Shown here piece by piece: positions 15,371 to 24,000 of a stretch of 24,000 nucleotides of DNA. Numbering within the stretch: position 1 is the first letter of the stretch; every line of letters begins with the position of its first letter. The stretch is from Ancrocorticia sp. (GTDB taxonomy: Bacteria; Actinomycetota; Actinomycetes; Actinomycetales; Actinomycetaceae). The notes under the pieces were generated by a model. That model saw nothing but the letters and a program-made list of their open reading frames with translations, made no database searches and was not told the origin of the DNA. Position numbers and translations under genes: made by a program. Where the stretch lies: assembly GCF_052089425.1 (NCBI RefSeq), contig NZ_JBQCZW010000029.1:4608-28607 (forward strand). Reading direction: 5' to 3'.

Positions 15371-16036
15371 CTAGATTTCCGCGCGTTCGACGATGGTGGC
15401 GAGCTGGGCTTGATTGAGCGAGCAAGTCGCGGCAAGCGCTTTGCTGACGTCTTGCTTGACTGTGGATGGCGAGATGAAGAGCTTTCTCGCAATATCCTCA
15501 TAGCGATTGCCCGCACCGATGAGGCGAGCAATCTCGACCTGACGAGGCGTCAGGTGCTCGACGAGATCGCGAGCCTCAAGGCGGCCGGGATCCTCGGCGG
15601 TGAAATTCTCAATGAGGTGTTCGGTCACCACCTCAGATGTCACACGGCGGCCAGCAGCCACCTCGTGAATCGCCCACACGAGCTTTTCTTTCACGTCGGT
15701 TTTGACAAGGTATCCTTGCGCTCCGGCGGTTAAGGCAGCTCTGATGCTGCCTGCATCATCAAACGATGTGAGGGCGAGAATCTTGGGTGGCATCAGGCCG
15801 TTTGATATCGTGCGGATTGCGTCAACTCCGCCAATGTTCCCCGGCATCCGAAGGTCCATGAGGACGACGTCCGGTCGAAGTTCGCGAACGACCGTAATGG
15901 CGTCCGAACCGTTGTGGGCGCGACCGACGAGTTCGATGGATTCACCCTGCGCGCTGGCCTTTTGCAACGTCTGCGCGACGACCTCCACAACCAGAACTTC
16001 GTCATCAACAGCCACCACGCTCAGAGTATCGCTCAC
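15371..16036 (-). CDS. NarL/LuxR-family response regulator (REC + LuxR-type HTH)
   Basis: REC motifs (VVAVDDE...DVVLMDLRMPG...KILALTSFDD) and a C-terminal HTH (LTPRQVEIARLIGAGNRYEDIARKLFISPSTVKQDV). The GTG start directly abuts the kinase stop (TGAGTG). Confidence 0.93.
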   Translation of the reverse strand: MSDTLSVVAVDDEVLVVEVVAQTLQKASAQGESIELVGRAHNGSDAITVVRELRPDVVLMDLRMPGNIGGVDAIRTISNGLMPPKILALTSFDDAGSIRAALTAGAQGYLVKTDVKEKLVWAIHEVAAGRRVTSEVVTEHLIENFTAEDPGRLEARDLVEHLTPRQVEIARLIGAGNRYEDIARKLFISPSTVKQDVSKALAATCSLNQAQLATIVERAEI

Positions 16037-17326
16037 TCACAAGATTTTACCTTCTTGATTGGCCTTGCTGGGCCATGGGATCCAGATCTTCATAGAAAAG
16101 CGTCCTTCTGAATACTCGACGTCGGATGTACCGCCCAGAAGATGTGCCCGTTCCTTCATGCCGACCATGCCTTTGCCTGCCCCAACTCCATAGGTGACTG
16201 CATCGCTATAGTGGTTGGCTGTTGAGATCTGGATGCCGGTGCCCGGACCGCCTTCGATTGTTAACATAGCCAGACGATCGTCACTGTGCCGCAACGCGTT
16301 AGCCAGCATCTCCTTGGTGATTCGGTGGACTCCCTTGCGAATTTCAAATGGCGCGTTCGCGTAGGAATCCACGACGATGGTGCAGGGACTCACTCGCAAT
16401 CCAAGCGATTCTGCATCGGCAATTGCATCCTGAATATCTTTGAGATTATTGTAGGTTGCCTCCTGCGTGGGGACAGTTTGCTTACCTTCCCGGCGGAGTG
16501 AACTCAGCAAACCGCGCAGATCGTCCATGGCGTGGACTGTGCCTTGCCGGAGTCTCTCTGCATCTGGTGAATCCATGGTTCCCGCTAAAAGCGCGATGGA
16601 GGATAATCGGCTGGCCAGAGTGTCATGGACTTCGCGGGCCAAGTCCTCTCGCTCTTCTTGTCTGGTTCGTTCTTCGGAGAGCGTGTCCTGTGACTCCTTG
16701 ACGTGCAGCGTTGCCTCGTCTACCCGCCGATGGCTCCGGATCACGAATGCGATGACCAACGGTAGCCCGATGGAGGTAACCGTAATCATCGGTTGGGTAA
16801 TCGAGTAGAGCTCAATATCGGAGCCGTTCTGAAGATCGCCAATGGAGATGAAGTGGACGATGCCGTTGAAAAGAATTGCGGCGAACCCGCAACCCGCAAC
16901 GATCCAATCCGCACGATTCTTGGCCCTGATCATCCACACTGTCAGCCCCACGGCAACCACCGTCGGATCGTTCAGAAATACACCTGTGTTGAGAATCCCC
17001 AGTAAGACGAGGATGAGAGGCTCCTTTCGGTATCCCGGAAGAAGAAGGAGCATTAGCATGCCAGCAAGGAAACGGGCTGTTCCGCCGTTCGTGAGAGTAC
17101 CTGTGGAATCCACATTGCCCGGGTAGCTGGAGACAGTCAACGTCAGAACAATAATGCCGGTAAGAATCATCAGGATGACGGCTACTGTGTTGAACAGGTG
17201 AGTGTTCCAGAGTGCTCGGGTAGTGGGAGAGATCGCCATGGATTCAATGGTAGAACTGCCCTCCCACATTTCCGTGGCACTTTTCCTCCACAAACTGTGC
17301 CCGATCGGGCAACGAGTCAGCCCCAT
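16037..17326 (-). CDS. Sensor histidine kinase, HisKA_3/NarX-type, with a multi-pass membrane N-terminal sensor region
   Basis: H-box LAREVHDTLASRLS and HATPase_c motifs (EMLANALRH, GAGKGMVGMKERA). The N-terminus has about 5-6 hydrophobic segments and no large extracytoplasmic domain. The start is uncertain (ATG 17326, 17269 or 17239). Confidence 0.88.
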   Translation of the reverse strand: MGLTRCPIGHSLWRKSATEMWEGSSTIESMAISPTTRALWNTHLFNTVAVILMILTGIIVLTLTVSSYPGNVDSTGTLTNGGTARFLAGMLMLLLLPGYRKEPLILVLLGILNTGVFLNDPTVVAVGLTVWMIRAKNRADWIVAGCGFAAILFNGIVHFISIGDLQNGSDIELYSITQPMITVTSIGLPLVIAFVIRSHRRVDEATLHVKESQDTLSEERTRQEEREDLAREVHDTLASRLSSIALLAGTMDSPDAERLRQGTVHAMDDLRGLLSSLRREGKQTVPTQEATYNNLKDIQDAIADAESLGLRVSPCTIVVDSYANAPFEIRKGVHRITKEMLANALRHSDDRLAMLTIEGGPGTGIQISTANHYSDAVTYGVGAGKGMVGMKERAHLLGGTSDVEYSEGRFSMKIWIPWPSKANQEGKIL

Positions 17327-17395
17327 CGCCGAACGATTCGCGCTTGGTTGTTTCCTACGGTTGTTTCATCATTTCCACTCAACTAAAGGAACACA

Positions 17396-17995
17396 ATGAG
17401 TACCACAGAGCCAGCATCCACCACGTCCACCAAGAAGCCGTTCTACAAGCGCTGGTGGTTCATCCTTCTCGTTATCGTCGTTGTCATCGTGGGGATCGGA
17501 GGGGCTACAGGTTCCGGTGATGACACTCAGCAAGGCAATGCGACCACTTCTACAGGCGAAACTGAGTCAGAAGAGCAGGCGCCAGACGAAGAAGAAGCCG
17601 AAATCGTCGCGGGAATCGGTGACACAGTGCAGTCCGGCGATTTTGAGATAACCGTGAACAGTGTTGGTGATCCCACTGAGACAATCGGGAGCGACTTTAC
17701 TGAGGAAACCGCGCAGGGGGAGTACATTCCCGTCAATATCTCTCTGACGAATACGGGCTCGGAAGCAGGTTACGTTTTCGACAATGACATCACTCTTCAG
17801 GCGGGAGAAACCACATACTCCTCATCCAGCGACGCACTGTTTGCCCTTGATGACGCCTTCGTTTTCGAAGAGATTAATCCGGGCAACACACTCTCGGGCA
17901 CGTTGGCTTTCGATGTTCCGGCGGGAACAGCAATTGATGGGCTCGTCTTCAGTGGCGGCATCTTCGATGAGGATGCGATCGTCAAGATTGGTTAA
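17396..17995 (+). CDS. Membrane-anchored DUF4352 domain protein
   Basis: N-terminal TM segment (WWFILLVIVVVIVGIGG), an acidic low-complexity linker, then a beta-rich domain with a DUF4352-like pattern (GDFEITVNSV...YIPVNISLTNTG...INPGNTLSGTLAFDVP). AAAGGAA lies upstream of the ATG. Confidence 0.75.
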   Translation: MSTTEPASTTSTKKPFYKRWWFILLVIVVVIVGIGGATGSGDDTQQGNATTSTGETESEEQAPDEEEAEIVAGIGDTVQSGDFEITVNSVGDPTETIGSDFTEETAQGEYIPVNISLTNTGSEAGYVFDNDITLQAGETTYSSSSDALFALDDAFVFEEINPGNTLSGTLAFDVPAGTAIDGLVFSGGIFDEDAIVKIG

Positions 17996-18004
17996 GCACG
18001 CAAA

Positions 18005-18541
18005 TCAGTCGGACACAGAGATCACTCCGTCCATTCCACGGTTGGGGTGATAGCTCCACTGAATCTCAAACGAATCCCATGTTTCTGTCTGGCGTCCATC
18101 GAGCGATGTAGTTTGATCAATGTGACTGACGATCCTGTCTGGTGTTTCGAGCACGGCGAGGAGACATGCAACGTCGACCACATCGGCTCCACTTGCGTCT
18201 TCTTCACCTTTGCTATCGAAAGAGATGGATCCATCGTCGTCGTCGAACGTAATTCCCACCGAAGGCGGGTCGCAAAGTTCCATCGCGTCAGCAAGTTTCG
18301 AAACTGAAGAGGTTCCAAACTCAATCTGGGCCACTCCGAATCCTGCACCGAATGCGAGTATGGCAGTGAGTACGAACGGCAGAGCTCGACGAATCACCGA
18401 CCTCCTCGGCGGACACATCGGTGGCATTGGTGGTTGGGTAACAGAGCCAGCAACATTGCCGTAGGCAGAAGGAGGCATTTGGACCGGTGGAACCTGACTG
18501 GACGGTGGAATATGGTAACTGGGTACATGTGAGTGGCTCAT
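18005..18541 (-). CDS. Hypothetical single-pass membrane protein with a Pro-rich N-terminus
   Basis: 178 aa. P-rich cytoplasmic head, one TM segment (ALPFVLTAILAFGAGFGVA) and an acidic C-terminal domain. No family recognised. Confidence 0.65.
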   Translation of the reverse strand: MSHSHVPSYHIPPSSQVPPVQMPPSAYGNVAGSVTQPPMPPMCPPRRSVIRRALPFVLTAILAFGAGFGVAQIEFGTSSVSKLADAMELCDPPSVGITFDDDDGSISFDSKGEEDASGADVVDVACLLAVLETPDRIVSHIDQTTSLDGRQTETWDSFEIQWSYHPNRGMDGVISVSD

Positions 18542-18655
18542 GAAGCAAGGTTAAGCCCAAGCTCCGACAGGTTGGCGCTTCCTCAGCTGCCACGGCGGTT
18601 CTCCGTGAGTTAACACCGCGTATCCGCGTCATCATGCCATGATTCGATAACGGGA

Positions 18656-19069
18656 CTAATGCCCGCGATGCTTGTCACGGGCCTTCCTCCTGCGCTTTTG
18701 TCGGATCTCTTCCTTCTCTTTTCGCATGTCTTCTTTCCGAGCGATTCGTCGCTGTGATTGGTGAGCTTCGCGGGCCAAACGAATTGCTTCCTGTGACGCT
18801 GTTGAAGGTGCTGGATCTTGTTTCGCAGCCTCCCTCGCTGCACGCTTCGGATTCGAATGCTTCAGGGTACGCGAGTCATTGTGGGCCGAAGGCGAATTCA
18901 ATGCCTCATCGATAAGCCGACCGCCGGTTGTGTTCAGGAGGTCGTACAGCTCGGCGTTTGGTGGTTCTCTGCCCAGAATGCGTTGGGCGGAGTATGTTTC
19001 TGCCCTTGCTGTGACTTCTATCGTCAGTACCCAGAACTGACCGTTGAACCACACTGTTGATGTCCCCAT
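18656..19069 (-). CDS. YjdF/DUF2992 family protein
   Basis: I trimmed the track ORF to ATG 19069, which is preceded by AAGAGGGAAAC. The N-terminus MGTSTVWFNGQFWVLTIEV...AQRILGREPPNAELYDLL and the basic tail ...NPKRAAREA...SQEAIRLAREA...KRRRKARDKHRGH match the family pattern as I recall it. Confidence 0.7.
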   Translation of the reverse strand: MGTSTVWFNGQFWVLTIEVTARAETYSAQRILGREPPNAELYDLLNTTGGRLIDEALNSPSAHNDSRTLKHSNPKRAAREAAKQDPAPSTASQEAIRLAREAHQSQRRIARKEDMRKEKEEIRQKRRRKARDKHRGH

Positions 19070-19414
19070 GTTTCCCTCTTTCAGGTATGCCAAAAGCACC
19101 TGAATACAGGGGACTCTTCGAAGTGAAGTGACGAGTGCGTTCACGCGCCATCCGGACTTCCCGGCCGGACCGTGCAGTTTGTGTAACAAGCAGAGTTCAG
19201 TCTACGCCGGTCCTCAATCTAACGTGATGACGGGCTATTCGGTCGCGCAGTGGTGTGGTTCATCTGGTCGATATTGTCGATTGGTCCATTTCGTACCGGT
19301 ATGCTGCTGTTTCTCTGCGTATTCCAAGGCAGCGTCCGTATACGCATCCAAAAACATCGCATCGTAGGGTCGGCACCTCGAATCCCCCAATTCTCACTGC
19401 GGTAAAGTGCTCGC

Positions 19415-20380
19415 ATGGCAGAAACCCGCCCGCAACCTGTTATGACGATGCTCGTATCGTCCATATCTGGGGGAGGACGAGCGCTCCGCGTTGCGCCGGA
19501 CATTGCTGAGCGGCTGCGTCACGGCGGGTGGCACGTCCATGTGCGTGTTGTGACGGAAGCTGAGGCTCCGGCCTCGGTTGCGCGTGCTTTGAGTGCGGGC
19601 AAGCACCCGGACGCGGGCACGGGTGCCCCAATCGTCGGAGCGTTGGGAGGAGACGGGTTTGTGGCGGCTGTCGCGCAGGGAATCGCCGGCTCCGAAAGCG
19701 CCTTGGTTCCCCTTCCTGGCGGCCGGGGAAATGACCTGTGCCGGGCGATCGGCGTGGGTTCGAACGCACGGGTTCGTGCCGATGCGCTCGCGCCCTTGGG
19801 TACCCCCAGCTCAGGAACGCTCCATGATCGCGTCCGCGCGCTTGACGGTATCTGGGTGAGCGATCTGACGTCCGATTCCGAGCCGAATCGACGGCTGGTT
19901 TTGGGCGTCGTGTCTCTGGGACTGGATGCATGGGCAAACAAGCTGGCTAATGAATCGCGATTGACGGCTGGGCCGATCGCGTACGGGTGGGGTGCGGTGA
20001 CTGCACCGGCGCATTTTCGCGGCGCAGCCTTTCGAGCAAGAGTTGACGGTGTGGAGTGCGATCTTCCCGGGTGGGTGCTTTCCGTGTCGAACTCAGGTTT
20101 CATCGGGGGCGGCGTCAATGTAGTCCCCGATTCAGATCCGTTCGATGGAACGCTCGAATTGTTTCGAGCTGACCAAGTACCACTTCGCAGGGTTATCCCC
20201 GCCGTTGTTCACGTTGTGCTTCGGCGTAACGCAAACCATCCGCTGGTTCACGTCTCCTCGGTACGTGAATTGGACATTCTGGGGCCTGAGGGCCTTCCCG
20301 CGATGGCCGACGGTGACCTCGTCGGCCACCTGCCGTTGCATGTTGAAGTGGCTCCCGGGATTGTTCGTGTGTTGGTGTGA
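19415..20380 (+). CDS. Diacylglycerol kinase catalytic-domain (YegS/BmrU-like) lipid kinase
   Basis: The GGDG motif (VGALGGDGFVAAV) and LPGGRGNDLCRAIG are typical of DAGK_cat proteins. The start may be one of the downstream Met codons (MTMLVSS...). Confidence 0.82.
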   Translation: MAETRPQPVMTMLVSSISGGGRALRVAPDIAERLRHGGWHVHVRVVTEAEAPASVARALSAGKHPDAGTGAPIVGALGGDGFVAAVAQGIAGSESALVPLPGGRGNDLCRAIGVGSNARVRADALAPLGTPSSGTLHDRVRALDGIWVSDLTSDSEPNRRLVLGVVSLGLDAWANKLANESRLTAGPIAYGWGAVTAPAHFRGAAFRARVDGVECDLPGWVLSVSNSGFIGGGVNVVPDSDPFDGTLELFRADQVPLRRVIPAVVHVVLRRNANHPLVHVSSVRELDILGPEGLPAMADGDLVGHLPLHVEVAPGIVRVLV

Positions 20381-20574
20381 GGCTTCTTTGCGGCTCCATT
20401 GGTAGTGGCGAGACATACACGCAAGCCAATGTATGTGTATGAGCGTGATGGAACGTTGCCTGCAACTCCTGTTGAATCAGGAGAGGAACTCTTGGTTAGA
20501 AGAGTAGGCGGAAGAACCTTGGGACGTCATCAAGAAATCATTTGAGGACGACTTAGCAGGTAATGAGCAGTGGC

Positions 20575-21714
20575 TTACTCCCAGGGGTAAACAACCCCGG
20601 TCTGGGTACGGATCTCGTCCATGATCTCCATGACTTCCACGGTATCGTCCCTTGTCAGGCTGGGTGATTGGGTAGCGCCGGATTCGAGACAGCGCGCCAT
20701 TTCGGCGGCTTCGTATTGAAATCCTCCGGGAACTGTCGCATCCCATTCGATGACGGCGCCGTCGTCGGCCCTACCCTCGCCAAAAAGACGTAACCGAAGA
20801 ATTCCGGGCCTATAGAACTGCGTGGGGAGTTCGAGCGCACCGTTTTCGAAAACGATCTCCGCCGAGGTTGCCGACCGGCCGTCCAAATTGCAGCGTGCCA
20901 CTCCGAGGGCGCCGGTAGACCCGCCCGTTGAATTCCAGTGGAGCACGGCGGCGATTCCTTGATCGATAATGACCGGGCGCCCGGACACCTCAGCTGTCCC
21001 AAAGTTCCCATTGATAAGACGTCCGGAGGCTGACACGGATGTAGGCGCCCCGAGTACGTCGTGAAGGAACGAAACGGGATAGATGCCAAGGTCAAGAAGC
21101 GCGCCTCCACCGAGTTCAGGTCGCATCAAGCGTTCCACGTGCCGCAGCGATTGGCCATGATCCGCCTGGGCGGACACCACGTTTCCCAGTCCACCGTTCG
21201 CAATAATCTGGCGGATGACGCGATAGTGAGGCAAGTGCCTGCTCCACATCGCCTCCATCGCAAATAGCCCGCACTCCCTTGCCGTGTCGAAAATGTCGCG
21301 TGCCTGCGCGGCGGTCATGGCGAACGCCTTCTCCACCAACACAGGCTTGCCAGCACGTAGAGCTAGCTGGGCGTGCTCGGCATGAAGCGGGTGAATGGTT
21401 GCGATATAGACGGCGTCCACCTGTGGATCGCGGGCCAGGTCCTCATATGAACCGTAGGCCCTGTCAATTCCGAACTCCTTGGCGAACGCCTCCGCCCGGC
21501 CCAGCTCCCGCGAAGCCACCGCCACGATCCGCGAACGCGAGTATGCCGGCACATCGCGCGCAAAGGTCCGCGCAATCCCGCCCGCACCGATAATTCCCCA
21601 CCTCAGCGGTGGCGCCTCCATTGGATCGGGCAAAGTGACGCCGTCGGCCAGTTGCTCCATTTCGCGTGGCAGGCTTGGGAGCAGTGCGTGAGGGTTGGAA
21701 AGATTGAATGCCAT
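20575..21714 (-). CDS. Gfo/Idh/MocA family NAD(P)-dependent oxidoreductase
   Basis: Rossmann signature LRWGIIGAGGIARTF near the N-terminus and the EKAFA motif (PVLVEKAFAMT). The true start is possibly an internal Met (MEAPPLRWGII). Confidence 0.9.
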   Translation of the reverse strand: MAFNLSNPHALLPSLPREMEQLADGVTLPDPMEAPPLRWGIIGAGGIARTFARDVPAYSRSRIVAVASRELGRAEAFAKEFGIDRAYGSYEDLARDPQVDAVYIATIHPLHAEHAQLALRAGKPVLVEKAFAMTAAQARDIFDTARECGLFAMEAMWSRHLPHYRVIRQIIANGGLGNVVSAQADHGQSLRHVERLMRPELGGGALLDLGIYPVSFLHDVLGAPTSVSASGRLINGNFGTAEVSGRPVIIDQGIAAVLHWNSTGGSTGALGVARCNLDGRSATSAEIVFENGALELPTQFYRPGILRLRLFGEGRADDGAVIEWDATVPGGFQYEAAEMARCLESGATQSPSLTRDDTVEVMEIMDEIRTQTGVVYPWE

Positions 21715-21931
21715 GGCGCGATTCTGTCATACGTCCGAAGAATCCGGTTTCGTTCGTGAGGATACGGGATTTTTGACGACGACGGCGGAGCCTCTCCCGC
21801 AACGTCCCATCCTTGCAGTCGGGTTTCTCTTAAATGGGTGGCCGTCATCTGGTGGCGCTCATCAGATGGCCTATCACCGGGTGCCTCGTTGGCACGGATC
21901 TCCGCTTCTCCGGCAATGCCTATCTCTACCA

Positions 21932-22010
21932 CAGAACTGGACCCCCACAGCACGACTGGACCCCCCACGGCACGACTGGACCCCCCACGGCACGACTGGA
22001 CCCCCACCGC
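21932..22010. repeat. About four copies of a C-rich 20-bp tandem repeat (cacgactggaccccccacgg), two of them perfect, with degenerate flanking copies
   Basis: Read directly. 21951-21970 and 21971-21990 are identical. 21932-21950 and 21991-22010 differ by C-tract length (C5 vs C6) and a few substitutions. The array is intergenic. Confidence 0.9.
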
Positions 22011-22041
22011 CGAACTGACACAAATTGGTCTGTTCGAACTC

Positions 22042-22070
22042 TTGTTTGGGGAACGTTCGTTCGATAGAAT
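22042..22070 (+). promoter_or_regulatory. Candidate sigma-70-type promoter: TTGTTT, 17-nt spacer, TAGAAT
   Basis: Hexamers and spacing read directly, about 128 nt upstream of ATG 22198. The spacer contains the palindrome GAACGTTC, and GTTCGAAC lies just upstream. Confidence 0.3.
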
Positions 22071-22197
22071 ATAGGTAGGTTGAACAGGGTGCCTCTCACC
22101 GGCTACCTCGTTCACTGATTTGATCCAATTGACAACAGCGTTCTATCCCTCGTTTACAGGGCGTGGATTCTCTTATCACCACTAAGGAGGGTGGCTT

Positions 22198-24000
22198 ATG
22201 AGTATCACACTTGATACGCGCGCCGGTGCCTCCGTCAGTGATGTGCCCTATGTGCCGTCTGAGGCTGATCTGTGTTTTGATGAGCTTGTCTTCGATGCTG
22301 AGGCGATGGAACGCCTCGGCCTTGAACCTGACAGTTTCCCCACGGATATCCCCGGCTTGTCCGATCAGCAGTGGGAGGAGGATTTCACCGGGCTAATGTT
22401 CGCTGAGGCCACAGCCACACTCCACACTCTCCTCAAACCCACTGATGCTCCGGCTCACAGCCCGGATGCTTCCCGCACCACTGGCAGTGCCAGCAGTGTG
22501 TACGATTCCGGTCTCCCTGTTCTCGAACTGGTTCGTGATCTCCTCCGGGCCGCCCCCACAGGTACGAGTGAGGCGGCGTGTATTTCGCGGGTCTCGGTGT
22601 TGGAGGACATCAAATCAGCGGCCGCCGCGGCACAGGCACGCGAAACCGCCATGTTTCTTCACCATCGCGGGATCAGTGAGCGTGAAGCGGGTGTTCCGAT
22701 CGAGAAACGCGGCCTGGGTGTCGGCTCCGAAATCGCGTTAGCACGCCGTGAGTCCCCACAAGCAGGCTCCCGCGCGGTACGTATGGCCCACACACTCACC
22801 ACCACCATGCCCAACGCGTTGGCCGCGTTAACGGATGGGCGTCTCGCAGAATTCACGGCCCAGAAAATCACGAGCGAAGTCACCGCCCTCGATCCACCCG
22901 CTATCGCCGCGATCGATGCGCGCATGGCAGACAGGTATGGCAAAGCCGGAACCAAAAGGATCACCGGTGAAGTCCGCGCCTTAGCCAATCAGATTGATCC
23001 GGCCGCGCAAGTCGAACGCCACAAGATCGCCAAATCAAAAAGATCAGTATCGGTACGTCCTGCCCCGGATGCGATGGCCTACCTGACCGCTCTCCTGCCG
23101 ATGGGTCAGGCCTTCGCGTGTAAGAAAGCCCTGTTGGATGCGGCAGCAACGGCGAAAAACACCGGATGGGCCTGCGGGGACGAGCTCCAACAAGAAGAAC
23201 GCTCCGGGACACAGATCGAAGCCGACCTGTTGGTCCAACGCCTGACCGGACAAGCAACCCCCGACGCCATCCCCATCGAACTGCAGATCATCATGACCGA
23301 CAGTAGTGTTTTCGGCATCACCAGCATGCCCGGCGCTGCCAGCTACACCAGCACACACGGCATTGCCGCAGATGACACGATGCCAAGCGTCACCGCCGAT
23401 TCTGCCACCACCAACGAATCTGGCCCTGATTCTGTGCCTGAATCTGCCGCCGATGCGGTGTTTCCTGTTGTTGATGATGATGGGCGGCGTGCTGATCCGG
23501 CACAGACTGCGGCGTGGATTGCCGGGCTCGGCCCCATCCCCGCCCCGCTAGCGCGCGACATGCTCAACCCGGCCTACGACGATCCAGCCACTCGCCGGTC
23601 ACGGGTGTTCCTGCGCCGGGTTGTGACTGATCCGGTCACCGGCGACATTCAGGCCATCGACACCCGCCAACGCGCCTTCTCTGGCGCCCTGCGCCGTGCG
23701 TTGCTTGTGCGGGACTCGCAGTGCCGGACCCCGTGGTGTAACGCCCCCATCGCCCACATGGACCACACCCACCCCTTCGCCAAAGGCGGCCACACCACCA
23801 TGGCGAACGGGACTGGTCTATGCGCACGGTGTAACTACACCAAAGAATACGATGGCTGGAACCATCAACCGGGAACAGGCCCCAGCACTAGCACTGCCAG
23901 CGGCTCTCGTGCTGGCAGCGGTGATCGCGGCCGGTCGCCCGCCGGGAGCCGGTCCTCGGACCGGATCATCACCACACCAACCGGACACCACTACCACTCC
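22198..24000 (+). CDS. DUF222 (13E12-repeat family) protein with a C-terminal HNH endonuclease motif; 3' end off the right edge
   Basis: Not in the ORF track. I translated frame 1 from ATG 22198 (AAGGAGG 8 nt upstream) to nt 24000 and found no stop in 601 codons. The N-terminal/middle part (...VLEDIKSAAAAAQARETAMFL...LARRESPQAGSRAVRMA...LTDGRLAEFTAQKIT) is DUF222-like. The HNH motif is RDSQCRTPWCNAPIAHMDHTHPFAKGGHTTMANGTGLCARCNYTKE. Confidence 0.9.
   Translation, partial: MSITLDTRAGASVSDVPYVPSEADLCFDELVFDAEAMERLGLEPDSFPTDIPGLSDQQWEEDFTGLMFAEATATLHTLLKPTDAPAHSPDASRTTGSASSVYDSGLPVLELVRDLLRAAPTGTSEAACISRVSVLEDIKSAAAAAQARETAMFLHHRGISEREAGVPIEKRGLGVGSEIALARRESPQAGSRAVRMAHTLTTTMPNALAALTDGRLAEFTAQKITSEVTALDPPAIAAIDARMADRYGKAGTKRITGEVRALANQIDPAAQVERHKIAKSKRSVSVRPAPDAMAYLTALLPMGQAFACKKALLDAAATAKNTGWACGDELQQEERSGTQIEADLLVQRLTGQATPDAIPIELQIIMTDSSVFGITSMPGAASYTSTHGIAADDTMPSVTADSATTNESGPDSVPESAADAVFPVVDDDGRRADPAQTAAWIAGLGPIPAPLARDMLNPAYDDPATRRSRVFLRRVVTDPVTGDIQAIDTRQRAFSGALRRALLVRDSQCRTPWCNAPIAHMDHTHPFAKGGHTTMANGTGLCARCNYTKEYDGWNHQPGTGPSTSTASGSRAGSGDRGRSPAGSRSSDRIITTPTGHHYHS

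Noticed and set aside
19070-19189. 40-codon N-terminal extension of the YjdF-like ORF
   Set aside because: The family N-terminus begins at MGTSTVWFNGQFWV and is preceded by a good SD. The extension looks non-coding.
19375-19400. tRNA T-arm-like fragment (TCGAATCCCCC followed by aattctca) that could be an att-site remnant
   Set aside because: No matching 5' T-stem, anticodon arm or complementary acceptor strand exists upstream, so it is not a tRNA. A single 11-nt resemblance is too weak to call an attachment site.
19440-20118. 165-aa and 199-aa antisense ORFs opposite the lipid-kinase gene; similar antisense ORFs lie opposite the ABC-F gene (13436-15030)
   Set aside because: Shadow ORFs with no motifs and biased composition. 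The sense frames carry clear family signatures.
21932-22010. Possible CRISPR array
   Set aside because: The repeats are directly adjacent with no spacers, the unit is only 20 bp, and no cas genes are present. It is a plain tandem repeat.

Overview
High-GC Gram-positive (Actinomycetota-type) chromosomal window. All family calls come from reading the translations by eye and from memory; no search was run. By eye, not computed, the left ~5 kb (1-4900) is more AT-rich than the rest and looks like an accessory or defence island. It holds the 3' part of an AbiEii-type toxin gene, about 850 nt with no convincing gene but a 20-bp tandem duplication that splits an otherwise continuous ORF, a translationally coupled pair I cannot assign to any family (339-aa helical protein plus 99-aa double zinc-ribbon tail-anchored membrane protein), a GNAT acetyltransferase, and a PD-(D/E)xK nuclease fused to a PUA/EVE-like domain. 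The unknown pair is my best candidate for an undescribed system. The rest looks more ordinary. It contains a small HhH protein and a divergent TetR / (RPH-architecture PEP-utilising phosphotransferase + MFS exporter) cassette with twin palindromic operators. A four-gene osmoprotectant ABC importer follows, then an ABC-F (ARE-like) ATPase with a long structured leader, lying directly downstream of a NarL-type two-component system. After that come a DUF4352 protein, a Pro-rich membrane protein, a YjdF/DUF2992 protein, a DAG-kinase-like lipid kinase and a Gfo/Idh/MocA oxidoreductase. The window ends with a C-rich 20-bp tandem repeat array and a DUF222/HNH endonuclease gene that runs off the right edge. 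The ORF track omits ORFs truncated by the window edges, so it misses that HNH gene and the true extent of the first gene. No rRNA, tRNA, CRISPR array, transposase or integrase was found.
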